The position numbers and the translations under genes are program-made. 64,000 bases of DNA, taken from Pseudomonadota bacterium (GTDB lineage Bacteria; Pseudomonadota; Alphaproteobacteria; GCA-2746255). Where the stretch lies: positions 204,368 through 268,367 of the forward strand of contig JBFMHN010000002.1 in NCBI GenBank assembly GCA_040752895.1. Direction: 5' to 3'. The notes under the pieces were generated by a model, which saw only the letters and a list, made by a program, of their open reading frames with translations, was not told the origin of the DNA and did no database searches. Shown here piece by piece: positions 22,424 through 33,286 of this stretch. Within the stretch, counting starts at the first letter, position 1. Every line of letters begins with the position of its first letter.

Positions 22424-22891
22424 CTACCTGCCGCCGCGGTGATAGGGGTGCCCGTTCAGAATCTGCTGGGCCCGGTAAAGCTGTTCGATGAGAAGCCCGC
22501 GAACCAGAAGATGCGGCCAGGTCGCCGAACCCAGGGAAAGCACGCTGTCCGCCCGACCAAGGGCCTTTTCGCCAAGCCCCTCGGCGCCGCCGATGAGAAA
22601 GCAAAGCGGCCCGCCGCCTTCCCGAAAGCGCCGGAGAGTTTCGGCGAACGTCTCGCTCGCAAGCATTTTTCCCCCCTGGTCGAGGGCGACGACGCCGGCC
22701 CCTTCCGGGACGAGGGAAAGGAGTTTGGCTGTTTCTTCCTGCTTTTGCCTGGCGGGCGGGCGGGCGGGACGCACCTCTACTTCCTGCAAGCGCAGCGGCC
22801 AGCGAAGCCTTTTCGCGTACGCCTCGAAAAGTGCACGCTCCGGCCCCGCGCGGGCCCGCCCGACGGCCAGGATGTGAAGGGCGAAGGCCAT
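22424..22891 (-). CDS. rlmH: 23S rRNA (pseudouridine1915-N3)-methyltransferase
   Basis: 155 aa from ATG 22891 (MAFALHILAVGRA...). SPOUT C-terminus (CFLIGGAEGL...LSLGSATWPHLLVRGLLIEQLYRA). Confidence 0.92.
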   Translation of the reverse strand: MAFALHILAVGRARAGPERALFEAYAKRLRWPLRLQEVEVRPARPPARQKQEETAKLLSLVPEGAGVVALDQGGKMLASETFAETLRRFREGGGPLCFLIGGAEGLGEKALGRADSVLSLGSATWPHLLVRGLLIEQLYRAQQILNGHPYHRGGR

Positions 22892-22899
22892 CCTTCCGG

Positions 22900-23289
22900 T
22901 CAGACGCCCGACCGCGCCGCTTCGGAGGCGGCGTGGTCGTCGGGCAACGGCAGGCCCCACATTTTTTCCAGGTTATAAAAAGCGCGGATTTCCGGCCGAA
23001 AAAGGTGGACGACCGCGGCGCCGGCATCGACCAGGACCCAGTCGCCCTGCCCCATGCCCTCGACCGGCGCGTTCCCGAATCCGCTTGCCTTCAGCTTTTC
23101 GACGATATGCTGCGCCATCGCAACGACCTGCCGGGTCGATCGGCCGCTTGCGATGAACAGGCGGTCGGCGATGTCGGATTGCCCTTTGAGATCGATAACG
23201 ACGATATCTTGCGCCTGATCATCCTCGAGAGAAGCGCGGATGAGCGTTTCGAGTCGTTTGGCGGAAAGCTGTTTCTTTTTGCCGCTCAG
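22900..23289 (-). CDS. rsfS: ribosome silencing factor RsfS (start codon uncertain, probably CTG)
   Basis: Conserved RsfS core (LEDDQAQDIVVIDLKGQSDIADRLFIASGRSTRQV...GDWVLVDAGAAVVHLFRPEIRAFYNLEKMW). There is no in-frame ATG/GTG/TTG between the nadD stop and the core. A CTG at 23289 lies 9 nt after GGAGGG. Confidence 0.8.
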   Translation of the reverse strand: MSGKKKQLSAKRLETLIRASLEDDQAQDIVVIDLKGQSDIADRLFIASGRSTRQVVAMAQHIVEKLKASGFGNAPVEGMGQGDWVLVDAGAAVVHLFRPEIRAFYNLEKMWGLPLPDDHAASEAARSGV

Positions 23290-23309
23290 CGTGTGTGGCC
23301 CTCCATGAC

Positions 23310-23975
23310 TTAAAAGCCTCCCCCCACATACCGGCGGGCGGCCGCACGGATTCCACGGGCAGGGTGGCGTTTGCGAATCCGCGTCGCGGAAACCGGGTTG
23401 AGCGCCGTTTTCAGGAACACCCACGCCGGTGGCCGCATGTCGGCAAGCATGCTTGCCTGGCGCTCCGGCAGACAGGATCGCCCGAACCGTCGCGCCGCCC
23501 CTCCGGTTGACGCAGAAAAAGAATAGGAAGGACGGTCGAAAACCGCAATGGGAACCGTGTCGAAGATAGCCGTCCAGTCCCGCCAGCGGGAGATCTGCGC
23601 CAGGTTGTCCGCCCCCATCAGCCAGACGAAACGGCATCTCGGAAGGGCGCGGAGAATGGCGCGCAGGCTGTCGATCGTGTAACGGGTTTCGAACCCCGCC
23701 TCGAGGTCGGTAACGCGTATCCGCGGGTGCCTAGCCACTTCCCTCGCGCGGCGGAGGCGTTCCTGCAGGGGCCGCGTTTCCTTGGCGGGTTTCAGCGGAT
23801 TCTGAGGGGAGACCAGCCACCAGACCTCGTCGAGGCCGAGGATGCGAAGGGCGAGCAGGCTTATGTGGCGGTGCCCGTCATGGGCCGGGTTGAACGAGCC
23901 GCCGAGCAGCCCGATGCGAAGATTTGGGCGCCCTGCCCCGGACGGCAGATGGGCGCCTCCAGCGCGCGTCCTCAG
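23310..23975 (-). CDS. nadD: nicotinate-nucleotide adenylyltransferase (5' boundary uncertain, non-canonical start)
   Basis: The track ORF (from GTG 23738) holds only the C-terminal part. In the same frame upstream I read [43 protein letters not shown], the catalytic N-terminus. No ATG/GTG/TTG precedes it in frame. Candidate starts are CTG at 23975 (CTGA overlap with the proA stop) or CTG at 23948. Confidence 0.85.
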   Translation of the reverse strand: MRTRAGGAHLPSGAGRPNLRIGLLGGSFNPAHDGHRHISLLALRILGLDEVWWLVSPQNPLKPAKETRPLQERLRRAREVARHPRIRVTDLEAGFETRYTIDSLRAILRALPRCRFVWLMGADNLAQISRWRDWTAIFDTVPIAVFDRPSYSFSASTGGAARRFGRSCLPERQASMLADMRPPAWVFLKTALNPVSATRIRKRHPARGIRAAARRYVGGGF

Positions 23976-25258
23976 GGGCGCACCTGCCCGTCGCCAAGCA
24001 CGACGTATTTGTAGGTCGTGAGCTGCTCGACGCCGACCGGGCCGCGGGCGTGCAGGCGGCCCGTCGCAATCCCGATCTCCGCCCCCATGCCGAACTCGCC
24101 GCCGTCGGCGAACTGGGTCGAGGCGTTCCGCATGACGATGGCGCTGTCCACGCGATCGAGGAAGGTGGCGGCGGCCTTTTCGTCTTCGGTCACGATCGAG
24201 TCCGTGTGATGGGAACCGTAGCGGTTGACGTGCCGGATGGCTTCCTCGACGCCGTCGACGACCCGAACGGAAAGAATGGCGTCCAGGTATTCCGTCGTCC
24301 AGTCCGCTTCCGTCGCCACCTTCGCCCGCGGGTAGATTGCCCGCGTTCTGTCGTCGCCGCGCAGCTCGCAGCCCGCCTTCGCCAGATCGTCGAGGATGGG
24401 GGGAAGAAACGTTTCGGCGACGCTTGCGTCAACCAGCAGCGTTTCCATCGCCCCGCAGATGCCGGGACGGCGCATTTTCGCGTTCAGCACGATCTTGCGC
24501 GCCTTTTCAAGGTCAGCGGCGGCGCCCACATAGACGTGGCAGATGCCTTCGAGGTGGCGAAGAACGGGGATCCGGCTTTCGCGGAGCACGCGTTCGATCA
24601 AGGGCTTACCGCCGCGCGGCACGATGATGTCGATGAAATCCTCCATCTTCAGCATCTCGCCGACGGCGGCGCGGTCGGAGGTCGGCACTATCTGAATGGC
24701 GGCAGACGGCAGATCGACAAGCCTGAGGCCGCGCCGGAGCCGTTCGAGAACGGCCGCCGCCGAATGGAAACATTCGGTGCCGGGCCTTAAGATGACCGGA
24801 TCGCCCGCCTTCAGGCACAAGCCTGCGGCGTCCGCCATCACGTTCGGGCGCGCCTCGAAGATGACGCCGATCACGCCAAGCGGCACGCGCACGCGGCGAA
24901 TGCGAAGCCCGTTCGGGCGGGTCCACTCGGCCATCACCTCGCCGATGGGGTCGGCGAGGCCGGCGACGGCTTCCAGCCCCTTCGCCATTCCTTCGATTCG
25001 CGCCGGGTCGAGGCGCAGGCGATCGAGGAAGGCCGGCGTCGCCTCACCCTTTGTTTCCGTCTCGGCGACGTCTTGTGCGTTGGCCTTCAGGATCGCCGCC
25101 GCGTCGGCGCGGATGGCGGCGGCGGCGGCGAGAAGGGCGGCGTTCTTGGCTTTTGTGGAGGCCCGGGCGAGAGGCTCGGCGGCGGCGCGCGCATCCTCGC
25201 CAAGCCTGCGCATGCGCAGCGAGAGGTCGTCCCCGGTTCTGGATTTTGCCACGCTCAA
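23972..25258 (-). CDS. proA: glutamate-5-semialdehyde dehydrogenase (gamma-glutamyl phosphate reductase)
   Basis: 428 aa with aldehyde-dehydrogenase-type core ([23 protein letters not shown]). Confidence 0.95.
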   Translation of the reverse strand: MSVAKSRTGDDLSLRMRRLGEDARAAAEPLARASTKAKNAALLAAAAAIRADAAAILKANAQDVAETETKGEATPAFLDRLRLDPARIEGMAKGLEAVAGLADPIGEVMAEWTRPNGLRIRRVRVPLGVIGVIFEARPNVMADAAGLCLKAGDPVILRPGTECFHSAAAVLERLRRGLRLVDLPSAAIQIVPTSDRAAVGEMLKMEDFIDIIVPRGGKPLIERVLRESRIPVLRHLEGICHVYVGAAADLEKARKIVLNAKMRRPGICGAMETLLVDASVAETFLPPILDDLAKAGCELRGDDRTRAIYPRAKVATEADWTTEYLDAILSVRVVDGVEEAIRHVNRYGSHHTDSIVTEDEKAAATFLDRVDSAIVMRNASTQFADGGEFGMGAEIGIATGRLHARGPVGVEQLTTYKYVVLGDGQVRP

Positions 25259-25277
25259 GGCGCCGCTTCCTCCCGCC

Positions 25278-27514
<2,237 letters not shown>

Positions 27515-27536
27515 TTACAACGCCCGCGGAGAAAGA

Positions 27537-27794
27537 TCAGCCAAGCGGATCCACGGAAACGTAGGTGCGGCCGCCAAGGCTGGTGTGGAACTTCACGCGA
27601 CCTTCGCGGATGGCGAAAATGGTGTGGTCCTTGCCCATGCCGACGTTCTCGCCCGGATGAACCTTCGTGCCGCGCTGGCGGATGAGAATGTTGCCGGGCA
27701 CGACAGCCTGGCCGCCATACCGCTTCACGCCAAGACGGCGGCCCGCCGAGTCGCGGCCGTTGCGAGAACTGCCCCCTGCTTTCTTGTGTGCCAT
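27537..27794 (-). CDS. rpmA: 50S ribosomal protein L27
   Basis: [29 protein letters not shown]... Confidence 0.98.
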   Translation of the reverse strand: MAHKKAGGSSRNGRDSAGRRLGVKRYGGQAVVPGNILIRQRGTKVHPGENVGMGKDHTIFAIREGRVKFHTSLGGRTYVSVDPLG

Positions 27795-27806
27795 TGTCCC
27801 GTGTCC

Positions 27807-28439
27807 TTACTTTTTCTTCGACGGCTTTGCCGTTGTTTTTCTCGCCGTGGGTTTCTTCATCGCCGGCCGCTTCACCATCGCTTTTTTCGGGGCGTCCTTC
27901 TTCGAAGCCCCTTTCTTCGCGGGCGGCGGCTTCGGTGCCGCTTTTTTCTTCGGCGCCTCCTTTTTGGCGCTCGTCTTCTGCGCGGCCGCCTTCGCGGGCG
28001 CAGGTGTTTGTTTCGAAGCCGCTTTCGGCTTGGCCTCCGCGCGGGGCGCCTTTTTCTTCATGGCCGGCTTTTCCTTCACGACGACACGTTCCGCCGGCAA
28101 CGGTTTCGGCGCTTGCCGCTCCGCGCCCGGCGGGCAGACCGCGTCGATGCGAAGCACGGTTCCGGCCTGGCGGTGGCCCCGGGTGCGGCGATAATTCTGA
28201 CGGCGCTTTTTCTTGAAAATGAGGACCTTGTCGGATTTCGTCTGGTCGAGGATTGTCGCCGTCACCGCCGCCCCTTCGATCATCGGCGTACCGACGACCG
28301 TTTCCGTACCGCCGCCGATCAGAAGAACCTCGCCGAGCTCGATCTGGGTGCCGCGCTCGCCTTGCAGTTTCTCGACGACGATCACATCGTCCGCCGTAAC
28401 CCGATATTGTTTACCGCCTGCGCGCACGATCGCATACAT
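27807..28439 (-). CDS. rplU: 50S ribosomal protein L21 with a long Lys/Ala/Pro-rich C-terminal extension
   Basis: Starts [14 protein letters not shown] (ATG 28439). The canonical L21 fold is about 100 aa. A further ~105 aa of low-complexity basic tail follows ([16 protein letters not shown]...[22 protein letters not shown]...AKPSKKK). The track ORF start at 28610 is upstream read-through. Confidence 0.93.
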   Translation of the reverse strand: MYAIVRAGGKQYRVTADDVIVVEKLQGERGTQIELGEVLLIGGGTETVVGTPMIEGAAVTATILDQTKSDKVLIFKKKRRQNYRRTRGHRQAGTVLRIDAVCPPGAERQAPKPLPAERVVVKEKPAMKKKAPRAEAKPKAASKQTPAPAKAAAQKTSAKKEAPKKKAAPKPPPAKKGASKKDAPKKAMVKRPAMKKPTARKTTAKPSKKK

Positions 28440-28639
28440 GGGAAATTCGCTTTTTCGTCCAGAAGGAGAGCCGGCAGTGGCCGGAGGCCGCGGAAATATA
28501 GCGCGAACCCTCGAATTGTCAACGGCTTCCCGCCCTTTCCCTCGAAAAGCCAAGGCCCCGCAACGGCTTGCGGTAGGGGCGGGGCACCCCCGCGCCAGCC
28601 TTGCGGGCAACGGCCTCTGCGGCTAGGCTCCCCCGCCCA

Positions 28640-28729
28640 GGAGGGGTGCCAGAGCGGTCGAATGGGGCGGTCTCGAAAACCGTTGTGCCTTCACGGGTAC
28701 CGTGGGTTCGAATCCCACCCCCTCCGCCA
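28640..28729 (+). tRNA. tRNA-Ser (anticodon CGA), CCA encoded
   Basis: GGAGGGG acceptor stem pairs with CCCCTCC. Anticodon loop CU-CGA-AA. Long variable arm (GTGCCTTCACGGGTAC), T-arm GTGGGTTCGAATCCCAC, terminal GCCA. The architecture closely matches my recollection of the 90-nt E. coli tRNA-Ser(CGA). Confidence 0.93.
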
Positions 28730-28781
28730 CCACCCCGAGAGATGCTGAAATCCAACACTCTCTGGGCCGGACGCAAATGTC

Positions 28782-29405
28782 TTAGGGAGTCGGTGTCGGC
28801 GCCGGGCGGCGGGTGAGTTCTGCTTCGAGTTCGGCGATCCGCGAGGTTAGCGATGCGGTCATTGCGCGTACCTCGTCGAGCGTAAACCGTTCGGTGATGT
28901 GCTGCGGACAGTTCCAATCGAACGCTTCGACCTTAATCAAGAAGCCGCGTTCGACATGGGCGCGGTAACCCGGCATTTCGAGGCCTGACAGAATCGCCCG
29001 ATCATCCAGGCCAACGATCTTGGCGCGGCCGAACACCTTCAGACGCGTTTTGTTCGGGTAATCCATGAAGAACAGCGACACTCGGTCGTCGGTCACGATA
29101 TTGCCGACGCTGACATATTGCCGGTTACCGCGAAAATCCGCGAAACCGATCGTGCCTTCGTCCAGAACCCGCACAAAACCGGTCGGCCCGCCGCGATGCT
29201 GGATATAGGGCCAGCCCGTCTCGCTCACGGTCGCCATGTAGAGCGAATTGCGCGCCGCAAGAAAGCCGGCCTCCACCTCCGTCAGCCTGTAGTTCGTCAC
29301 TTCCGGCGCACTCTCCATGCGGGCATAGGACTTTCGGCTTCCCATTTCCTCCTGGACTTCCTTCACCATCGGTGTGAAGGCAATGTCCGCGAAACGATGC
29401 GACAT
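28782..29405 (-). CDS. pyridoxamine 5'-phosphate oxidase family (FMN-binding split-barrel) protein
   Basis: Starts MSHRFADIAFTPMVKEVQEEMGSR (ATG 29405, RBS gcaggagga). Core ...LYMATVSETGWPYIQHRGGPTGFVRVLD...FADFRGNRQYVSVGNI... Confidence 0.8.
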   Translation of the reverse strand: MSHRFADIAFTPMVKEVQEEMGSRKSYARMESAPEVTNYRLTEVEAGFLAARNSLYMATVSETGWPYIQHRGGPTGFVRVLDEGTIGFADFRGNRQYVSVGNIVTDDRVSLFFMDYPNKTRLKVFGRAKIVGLDDRAILSGLEMPGYRAHVERGFLIKVEAFDWNCPQHITERFTLDEVRAMTASLTSRIAELEAELTRRPAPTPTP

Positions 29406-29433
29406 AGTTTCCTCCTGCGAAGATCCGCGCACG

Positions 29434-29919
29434 TCACAGTCCCAGATTCGACAAACCCGGGTGATCCACGGGCCTAGGCCCTTGCGGCCATGAGAATTTC
29501 CGGCCGCCCTCGCAAATCGGTTGATCATTGATGCTGGCGAAACGCAGCCGCATGAGTCCGCGCTCGTCGAACTCCCAGTTCTCGTTGCCGTGGGACCGGA
29601 ACCAATTGCCCGCGTCGTCGCGCCATTCATAGGCAAAGCGCACTGCGATTCGATTCTCGGCAAAGGCCCAGAGTTCCTTGACGAGACGATAGTCAAGCTC
29701 GCGGGCCCATTTGCGCTGCAGGAACGCGACGATGTCAGCCCGTCCGGTTGGAAATTCTGAGCGGTTGCGCCAGCGACTGCCTTCCGTATAGGCGAGCGAG
29801 ACCCTAACCGGGTCGCGCGCGTTCCAGGCGTCCTCCGCCATCCGCACCTTCTGGATCGCGGTCTCCCGCGTGAAAGGGGGCAAGGGCGGCCGCGCGGCCA
29901 ATGTTGTCACGTTGATCAT
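29434..29919 (-). CDS. DUF1348 / NTF2-like family protein
   Basis: 161 aa ([24 protein letters not shown]...[48 protein letters not shown]), the sequence pattern I associate with DUF1348. Confidence 0.75.
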   Translation of the reverse strand: MINVTTLAARPPLPPFTRETAIQKVRMAEDAWNARDPVRVSLAYTEGSRWRNRSEFPTGRADIVAFLQRKWARELDYRLVKELWAFAENRIAVRFAYEWRDDAGNWFRSHGNENWEFDERGLMRLRFASINDQPICEGGRKFSWPQGPRPVDHPGLSNLGL

Positions 29920-29987
29920 ATTATTTCTCCTTGCACGCGCCGTTGACGGCGCGGCTGAAGCCGCGCCGTCCGGCCACGGATTTAGGG

Positions 29988-30534
29988 TTAGGCGGCCTTG
30001 TTCAGGTCGATCTTCGGAAAGTCGATCTCGACCTGCGTCGCCTTCCCGAGCAGGTTGGTAAAGATGTTCATTGCCACATGGGTGATGATCTCGATGATGT
30101 CCGCGTCGGAGTGGCCGGCGGCGCGAACAGCGTCGAATTCGGCCTTGCTTACTTGGCCGGCATGCTCGACCAACGCGCGCGCGAAGGTCAGCGCCGCCTC
30201 TGCCTTCGCGTCTGCTGACCGGCCCTTGCGGTTGGCGATCATTTCCTGGTTGTCGAGTCCGACCTTGCGCCCAATGGCCGTATGGGCGGACACGCAGTAC
30301 TGGCAGGCATTCTGCTCGGCGACCGCCAGCGCGATTCTCTCTCGCGTCCTCGGGTCGAGAACGCCCGCGCCGGCAATGCCGTGGATGCCGAGGAATGCGC
30401 TTAGGGCAGCCGGCGAATTCGCCAGCACGCGGATGAAGTTCGGAACCATACCGAGGCTAGACTGGACAGCGTCCAGAAGCTGCTTGGCCTCACCAGTGGC
30501 GGTTTGGGGATCGATAACGTCAACACGAGCCATG
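29988..30534 (-). CDS. carboxymuconolactone decarboxylase / AhpD-like family protein
   Basis: Starts [20 protein letters not shown] (ATG 30534). AhpD-type CxxC-x2-H motif ([10 protein letters not shown]). Divergent from a LysR regulator. Confidence 0.82.
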
Positions 30535-30637
30535 AGATTGGTCCTTCCATAACTGATGGTGCGGTGCCCTGCGGCCCCGCTCCTCCGCAATTTGCCCCAA
30601 GATGATCATTGAAAGAATATCTGACGTATGGAACACT

Positions 30638-30658
30638 TTATTCCAATAAAAGGAATAA
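30638..30658. promoter_or_regulatory. perfect dyad TTATTCC-N7-GGAATAA in the CMD/LysR divergent intergenic region (candidate LTTR box)
   Basis: Read directly: 7-bp arms at 30638-30644 and 30652-30658. It ends 3 nt before the LysR ATG and overlaps its AGGA RBS. It fits the interrupted-dyad T-N11-A style of LysR-type sites. Confidence 0.35.
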
Positions 30659-30661
30659 TAA

Positions 30662-31576
30662 ATGGACCGACTGCACGAGATCGAGGTCTTCATCGCGGTA
30701 GCGGACGCCGGCAGCTTCGCCAAGGCCGGGGCGCGGCTGCGGCTGTCGCCCCCGGCCGTGACTCGCGCCATCTCGGCGCTCGAGGACCGGCTCGGCGCGC
30801 GCGTCTTCAACCGGACAACCCGGAGCTTGACGATCACCGACGTCGGTCACCGTTTTTTGGAAGGCGCGCGGCGCGTCCTCTCGGATCTCGACACGACCGA
30901 GAAAGATGCGGTCGGTGAGGCCGCAATGCCCCAAGGTCGTCTAACCATCACGGCCTCGGTGACCTTTGGCCGGTCCACGCTCCCGCCGGTTATTTGCGAC
31001 TTCCTCGGCCAGCACCCGCGTATCTCGGCGTCCGTTCTCCTGCTCGATCGCGTCGTAAACCTCGTCGAGGAAGGGATCGACATCGCCGTGCGCATCGGTC
31101 ACCTTCCGGACTCGAACCTGATCGCCAAGCGGATTGGCGAAGTCCATCGAGTCCTGGTTGCGAGTCCGGACTACCTCGATAAGCGCGGGGCGCCCACGTC
31201 ACCGGCGGACCTGCGGCTCCATTCCGTGCTTGCCTTCACGGGCCTCATGCCAAACCGCGAATGGCGTTTCCAGAAAGGGCGGAAACAGGGCAGCGTGAGC
31301 CTGCGTCCGACGCTCGAGATCAACGACGCGGTCGCCGCGATCCATGCCGCCGAGATGGGCCACGGCATCACGATAGCGCTGTCCTACATGGTGGGCGAGC
31401 AAGTCCGCGAAGGAAGGCTTGTGCCGGTCCTCGACACTTTCACGCTGCCGCCCCAACCGGTACACTTGGTCTATCCTCATGCCCGACTTATCGCGCCCAA
31501 GATCCGTGCTTTCATCGACTTTGCCGCTCCCCGGTTGAAGAACGCCCTCGACGAGTTGGCGTGGAGAAGCGCATGA
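30662..31576 (+). CDS. LysR-family transcriptional regulator
   Basis: N-terminal wHTH (MDRLHEIEVFIAVADAGSFAKAGARLRLSPPAVTRAISALEDRLG) plus a LysR substrate-binding domain. Confidence 0.93.
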   Translation: MDRLHEIEVFIAVADAGSFAKAGARLRLSPPAVTRAISALEDRLGARVFNRTTRSLTITDVGHRFLEGARRVLSDLDTTEKDAVGEAAMPQGRLTITASVTFGRSTLPPVICDFLGQHPRISASVLLLDRVVNLVEEGIDIAVRIGHLPDSNLIAKRIGEVHRVLVASPDYLDKRGAPTSPADLRLHSVLAFTGLMPNREWRFQKGRKQGSVSLRPTLEINDAVAAIHAAEMGHGITIALSYMVGEQVREGRLVPVLDTFTLPPQPVHLVYPHARLIAPKIRAFIDFAAPRLKNALDELAWRSA

Positions 31577-31728
31577 CCCGTCCCCACGGCCGCCCGGAAT
31601 TGTTGGAAGATGCGAGGCATTGAGACAGAGAAGGTTCGATCCCAGTTTCTTTCCCTCCGCCAAGCGCAGCGGCCCCCGTTTTCGGGGCCGTTTCGCGCTT
31701 GGGGGCGGCGGACGGGTCCCTGTCCGTC

Positions 31729-33028
31729 CTAACTTTTCTTCGGCTCGCGGATCTCGACCGGGATGGCGCCTTCGACCGATTTCAGGTGAAGGTCCCGCTG
31801 CGGAAAGGGAATTTCGATTCCCTGTTCCTTGAACTTGTCCCAGACGTTCAGCAGGACAGCGCTTTTCACGTTCCCGATGCCCTGCGACGGATCGTTTATC
31901 CAGAAGCGCAATTCCAGATCAACGGCGTTGTCCCCGAAACCGGTCAGCAAGCAAACCGGGGCCGGGTTACTCAGAACACGCTTGGTCTCGGCCGCCGCCT
32001 GCAGGCAAAGCGCCATCGCCTGATGAGGGTCGGAATGCTAGGAAATGCCGACGGGAACTCGCTGTCGCACGAGGTTGTTCGAGTACGACCAGTTTTCCAC
32101 ACGCTGGGTGATCAGCTCTTCGTTCGGGATCAGGTGTTCGGTCCCGTCGCGCGTAAGGATCGAGACGTAGCGTCCGCTTAAGGAATTTATCCAGCCGTAG
32201 GTATTGCCGATCGCGATCACATCGCCCGGCTTGACGGACTTATCCAACAGCAGGATCAGGCCGCTCACAAAATTCGAAACAACCTTTTGCAAGCCAAAAC
32301 CGAGACCGACACCGACCGCGCCGCCGAACACGGTGAGCGCGGTAAGGTCAATGCCAAGCGTGTTCAGGCCCGCCAGAATAGCGATCGCGAACAAGACGAT
32401 TTTTAAAAGCTTGCCGAACAGCACCTGCAAGGTGGGCGTCAGGCTTTCAACGCGGCGGAGACGGCGCACCAAAAGATTGGAAACGAACGCCGCCGCCCAC
32501 AGCAGAATGGCCAGCGTCATCAGCGCTTCGACGATCATCAGCAACGAGATGCGCAAGTCCTTGCCAATGCTCACCGCCGCCACGTCGAGCAGATCCATCG
32601 TCGGCTGCAGAAGGCCGAGAATGTCCAGGGCGACGATGCCCCAGACGATAAGGGCCAACACATTCGCGAGGGCCCTTTCGACGATCAGGAGGATGCCCAG
32701 CCGGATGACGACCCAGGCCACCAGAAGCTTGAGAACGATATCCAGCAGACCGTGGCTGACGCCCGCTTCGACGCCGGCAATCACCGCCACCCCCTGCAAG
32801 CCGAGCCACAGAAGCGGAAAAGTCAGGTGGCGAAGGGAGGTCGTAAAGCGCGCCGATCAAGTTTCCGTTTCTTCGCCCCCGCCGAAACGCCCGGCCGGCC
32901 AGAACATAGGCGAACAGAAATATGGCGAGGCTGACGCCCGCCTGAACGAGGATCGCGGGAACGAAGACGTGATGAAAAAGCCAGGCGCGAACGGCTTCGA
33001 CCAGCCGCACGGCAATATTCAAGTCCAT
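31729..33028 (-). pseudogene. MscS-family mechanosensitive channel gene, disrupted by a frameshift and an in-frame TAG
   Basis: Three collinear pieces. (1) N-terminal TM piece in one frame (from ATG 33028/33040). (2) Core TM plus pore piece in the +1 frame (open from 32856; contains the pore-helix segment TVFGGAVGVGLGFGLQKVVSNF). (3) C-terminal domain (32016-31729) separated from piece 2 by a single in-frame TAG at 32038-32040 ([21 protein letters not shown]). Confidence 0.65.
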
Positions 33029-33286
33029 TAAGCCTTCCACGGGAACCCTCGAGGCAGCGCGGACGGAATTTCCCTATCTTGGGTAGGATTTCACGGCTTG
33101 GCAACCAACCCTCGCGCGCGGGCTGGCGGGCGGGCAGTCGGGGCGGCAATTCCTCTCGTCGGATCCATGCCTTCGCCGCGCCGAACGTTCCAAACCTTCC
33201 TCAAGCGACCCCGCGGCAATTAACGCCGCGTTAGGGGGTAGCGAGTACGATGGGTTTGGTAATCCACAGGTAGTGGTTAACGCGCG

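Noticed and set aside
22405-22424. GGGCCGG-N6-CCGGCCC hairpin right after the rlmH stop as a terminator
   Set aside because: There is no following T-run on the minus strand, and gpmI starts 40 nt downstream. It could be an RNA-stability element, but the evidence is insufficient.
20760-23027. 755-aa track ORF treated as a giant gpmI, and similarly the 571-aa ORF 25278..26993 treated as a giant proB
   Set aside because: The N-terminal extensions read through the upstream genes (rlmH, obg) in another frame and are Arg/Pro/Gly-rich. Conserved N-termini with internal ATGs (22364 and 26420) give normal-length proteins.
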